Part shown: positions 27,731-32,000 of the stretch, one piece after another
Position numbering within the stretch: position 1 is the first letter of the stretch
Layout: each line of letters opens with the position of its first letter
Assembly (NCBI RefSeq): GCF_000195955.2
Contig: NC_000962.3
Coordinates: 1,830,001 to 1,862,000 of the forward strand
Source of the DNA: Mycobacterium tuberculosis H37Rv
GTDB taxonomy: Bacteria > Actinomycetota > Actinomycetes > Mycobacteriales > Mycobacteriaceae
Direction: 5' to 3'
DNA length: 32,000 bases
The notes under the pieces: model-generated
The model's database searches: none
What the model saw: the letters and a program-made list of their open reading frames with translations, nothing else
What the model was told of the DNA's origin: nothing
Made by a program: the position numbers and the translations under genes

Positions 27731-28537
27731 ATGATCTACCGCGTCGCCTGCCTGCTGGCCCGGATCCGGTTCACCGTGGGCTACGTGGCGGCTCTTGCAT
27801 CGGTCAGCACCACCATCCTGATGCATGGTCCGCAGGTGCACGCCCAGGTGATTCGGCATGCCAGTACGAACCTGCACAACCTGGCCCATGGACACCTGGG
27901 AACGCTGTGGAACAGCGCCTTCGTCATCGACGAGGGCCCGCTTTATTTCTGGTTACCCTGCTTGGCGTGTCTGCTCGCGGTCGCGGAGCTGCAGCTGCGC
28001 AGCTTGCGGCTGACCGTGGCGTTCGTCGTCGGTCATATTGGGGCGACACTGTTGGTGGCGGCCGTGCTTGCCGGGGCGATCGAGATCGGCTGGTTGCCAT
28101 GGTCCATTAGCCGGGTCAGCGATGTCGGGATGAGCTACGGTGCCCTCGCGGCGCTCGGGGCGCTGACCGCGGCAATCCCTGGGCGGTGGCGGCCGGCATG
28201 GATTGGTTGGTGGGTATCGCTGGGCTTGGCGACTGCGACCATCGGCGGTGGTTTCACCGATGCCGGCCACACGGTTGCGTTGCTGTTGGGCATGTTAGTG
28301 ACTGCCTGCTTCACCCGGCCCGCGCGCTGGACACTCGGGCGGTGTGCCTTGCTGGCGGTGGCGTCGGGGTTCTGCTTGGTGCTGCTAGCCCATAGCTGGT
28401 GGAGCTTGGTGAGTGGGTCGGCCTTGGGTCTACTCGGGGCCCTGGGTGCCGCCGGGTTTGCGCGTTGGACCAGAGCGCGCGCCACATCGCTGCCACCCGG
28501 CGCGCTGGCGATTCCGCAGCCGGCGCTAAGTCGCTGA
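27731..28537 (+). CDS. Polytopic membrane protein (Rv1648-like), possibly a distant rhomboid-like fold
   Basis: 268 aa with about 6-7 hydrophobic helices. The ATG lies 6 nt after the cyclase stop. The rhomboid-like suggestion rests only on the spaced motifs HGHLGTLWN, GMSYGALAALG and AGHTVALLLG, which I read by eye. Confidence 0.8.
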   Translation: MIYRVACLLARIRFTVGYVAALASVSTTILMHGPQVHAQVIRHASTNLHNLAHGHLGTLWNSAFVIDEGPLYFWLPCLACLLAVAELQLRSLRLTVAFVVGHIGATLLVAAVLAGAIEIGWLPWSISRVSDVGMSYGALAALGALTAAIPGRWRPAWIGWWVSLGLATATIGGGFTDAGHTVALLLGMLVTACFTRPARWTLGRCALLAVASGFCLVLLAHSWWSLVSGSALGLLGALGAAGFARWTRARATSLPPGALAIPQPALSR

Positions 28538-28672
28538 GTCCCGCACAACGCGTGCCGAGCCGGGCCGACCGAATCACCTATGATTTGCACTTGCGTCACG
28601 CCGTTAGCGGGCAAGTCGGGTACGTCCATCAGTCCAGTTTCCGCTCCGCGACGATGCGGGCGGTCCGAATAG

Positions 28673-29757
<1,085 letters not shown>

Positions 29758-29758
<1 letters not shown>

Positions 29759-32000
29759 TGCGGCTACCCTACAGCTGGCTGCGCGAGGTGGTTGCGGTCG
29801 GCGCTTCGGGCTGGGACGTTACCCCAGGCGAACTCGAGCAGACGCTGTTGCGCATCGGCCACGAGGTCGAAGAGGTCATCCCCCTTGGTCCGGTGGACGG
29901 CCCGGTGACCGTGGGGCGGGTGGCCGATATCGAGGAGCTCACCGGCTACAAGAAGCCGATCCGGGCCTGCGCGGTAGATATCGGCGATCGGCAGTATCGC
30001 GAGATTATTTGTGGTGCAACCAATTTCGCGGTTGGTGATCTGGTGGTGGTAGCGCTGCCCGGTGCCACGCTGCCCGGTGGATTCACCATTAGCGCCCGCA
30101 AGGCCTACGGTCGCAACTCCGACGGAATGATCTGCTCGGCAGCCGAACTCAATTTGGGCGCAGACCATTCCGGGATCCTGGTGTTGCCCCCCGGAGCCGC
30201 CGAGCCCGGAGCTGACGGCGCGGGCGTGCTGGGGCTCGACGACGTGGTCTTCCATCTGGCCATCACCCCAGACCGCGGTTACTGCATGTCGGTGCGCGGC
30301 TTGGCCCGCGAGCTCGCGTGCGCCTACGACCTGGACTTCGTCGACCCCGCCAGCAACTCGCGGGTGCCGCCGCTACCCATCGAGGGGCCAGCCTGGCCGC
30401 TGACGGTTCAGCCCGAGACGGGGGTGCGCCGGTTCGCGCTACGCCCGGTCATCGGGATCGACCCCGCCGCGGTATCGCCCTGGTGGTTGCAGCGCCGACT
30501 GCTGCTCTGCGGTATCCGCGCGACCTGTCCGGCGGTCGACGTGACCAATTACGTGATGCTCGAACTTGGCCACCCCATGCACGCCCACGACCGCAACCGG
30601 ATCAGCGGAACCCTCGGAGTGCGGTTCGCCCGGTCCGGCGAGACCGCCGTGACCCTCGACGGTATCGAGCGCAAGCTCGATACCGCCGATGTCCTGATCG
30701 TCGACGATGCTGCGACAGCGGCGATCGGCGGCGTGATGGGGGCGGCCAGCACCGAAGTGCGGGCCGACTCCACCGATGTCCTGTTGGAGGCCGCGATATG
30801 GGACCCGGCTGCGGTATCGCGTACCCAGCGGCGGCTGCACCTGCCTAGCGAGGCCGCCCGTCGTTACGAGCGGACGGTGGACCCGGCCATCTCCGTGGCC
30901 GCTTTGGACCGGTGCGCAAGGCTGCTCGCCGACATCGCCGGGGGGGAGGTTTCTCCCACCCTTACCGACTGGCGGGGTGACCCGCCGTGTGATGACTGGT
31001 CACCGCCGCCGATCCGGATGGGAGTCGATGTGCCGGACCGCATCGCCGGGGTGGCCTATCCGCAGGGCACTACTGCCAGGCGCTTGGCCCAGATCGGCGC
31101 GGTGGTGACCCACGACGGCGACACCTTGACCGTGACCCCGCCGAGTTGGCGACCTGATCTGCGGCAACCCGCAGACCTTGTCGAGGAGGTGCTGCGGCTT
31201 GAGGGGCTGGAAGTTATCCCGTCGGTGCTGCCACCGGCGCCCGCGGGTCGTGGACTCACCGCTGGGCAGCAGCGCCGTCGCACGATCGGCAGGTCGCTGG
31301 CGCTGTCGGGCTATGTCGAGATTCTGCCGACTCCATTTCTGCCGGCCGGTGTGTTCGATTTGTGGGGGCTGGAAGCCGATGACTCACGGCGCATGACCAC
31401 GCGGGTGCTCAACCCGCTGGAGGCCGATCGTCCGCAACTGGCGACCACGCTGCTGCCGGCCCTGCTGGAAGCCTTGGTGCGCAACGTGTCCCGAGGGCTG
31501 GTCGACGTCGCGCTGTTCGCCATCGCCCAGGTGGTCCAGCCGACCGAGCAGACGCGCGGTGTCGGGTTGATCCCGGTTGACCGGCGGCCGACCGATGATG
31601 AGATCGCCATGCTGGATGCCTCGCTGCCCCGGCAACCCCAGCACGTCGCGGCGGTGCTGGCCGGACTGCGCGAGCCTCGAGGCCCCTGGGGCCCGGGCCG
31701 CCCGGTAGAGGCGGCTGATGCGTTCGAGGCGGTGCGAATCATCGCGCGCGCCAGCCGCGTGGACGTGACCCTGCGGCCGGCCCAATATCTGCCGTGGCAT
31801 CCGGGCCGGTGCGCGCAGGTGTTCGTCGGGGAAAGCTCGGTTGGTCACGCCGGGCAGCTGCATCCCGCCGTGATCGAGCGCTCGGGTCTGCCGAAAGGCA
31901 CCTGCGCGGTGGAACTGAACCTAGATGCGATTCCGTGCAGCGCGCCGCTGCCGGCACCCAGGGTGTCGCCGTATCCGGCCGTGTTCCAAGACGTCAGCCT
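29758..32000 (+). CDS. pheT: Phenylalanyl-tRNA synthetase beta subunit, 5' part (continues past the right edge)
   Basis: Absent from the ORF track because no stop occurs in the window. My translation from ATG 29758 gives [40 protein letters not shown]...[25 protein letters not shown], the PheT tRNA-binding N-terminus. The ATG shares one base with the pheS TGA (TGATG). Confidence 0.93.

Noticed and set aside
28641-28663. Hairpin CCGCTCCGC-gacgat-GCGGGCGG between the membrane-protein gene and pheS, considered as a terminator.
   Set aside because: The stem is imperfect (one bulge) and has no U tract. Structures like this are abundant in GC-rich spacers, so I cannot distinguish function from chance.

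Overview
This ~65% G+C window matches, gene for gene, the Mycobacterium tuberculosis complex segment Rv1627c-Rv1650. That match rests on my recognition of the encoded proteins; I could not run a search. It is a core housekeeping locus, not an accessory island. Genes in order: a DUF35/thiolase-like pair, polA, rpsA, coaE (kinase fused to a GrpB-like domain), a DUF402 protein and uvrB overlapping an MFS efflux pump. Next come a GT-C mannosyltransferase, a universal stress protein, an MBL-fold hydrolase, uvrA and a minus-strand run of lysX, a membrane esterase and a small protein. The window ends with infC-rpmI-rplT, a SpoU-type methyltransferase, a DUF2236 protein, PE17, a class III adenylate cyclase with a polytopic membrane protein, then pheS and the 5' part of pheT. 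I found no tRNA or rRNA genes, CRISPR arrays, IS elements, integrases, prophage genes, toxin-antitoxin pairs or defence-like gene clusters. I see no convincing evidence for a new multi-gene system here. The observations worth a second look are mostly small and regulatory. (1) A structured lysX/infC spacer ends in a textbook hairpin plus T7 terminator about 90 nt upstream of infC, which uses an ATC start codon. (2) TGTC-N12-TANNNT (RecA-NDp/PafBC-type) promoters lie upstream of uvrA (strong match) and uvrB (partial match). The uvrB one implies a leaderless, 21-codon-longer UvrB. (3) lysX is arranged with a membrane esterase and a small protein, suggesting an aminoacyl-lipid synthase/hydrolase module. 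(4) A perfect 16-bp palindrome sits upstream of the DUF2236 gene. (5) The PE17 leader is AT-rich and repeat-bearing, with a Shine-Dalgarno-equipped 5-codon micro-ORF. (6) Several annotated start codons look questionable. All regulatory calls come from reading the sequence by eye and remain hypotheses.
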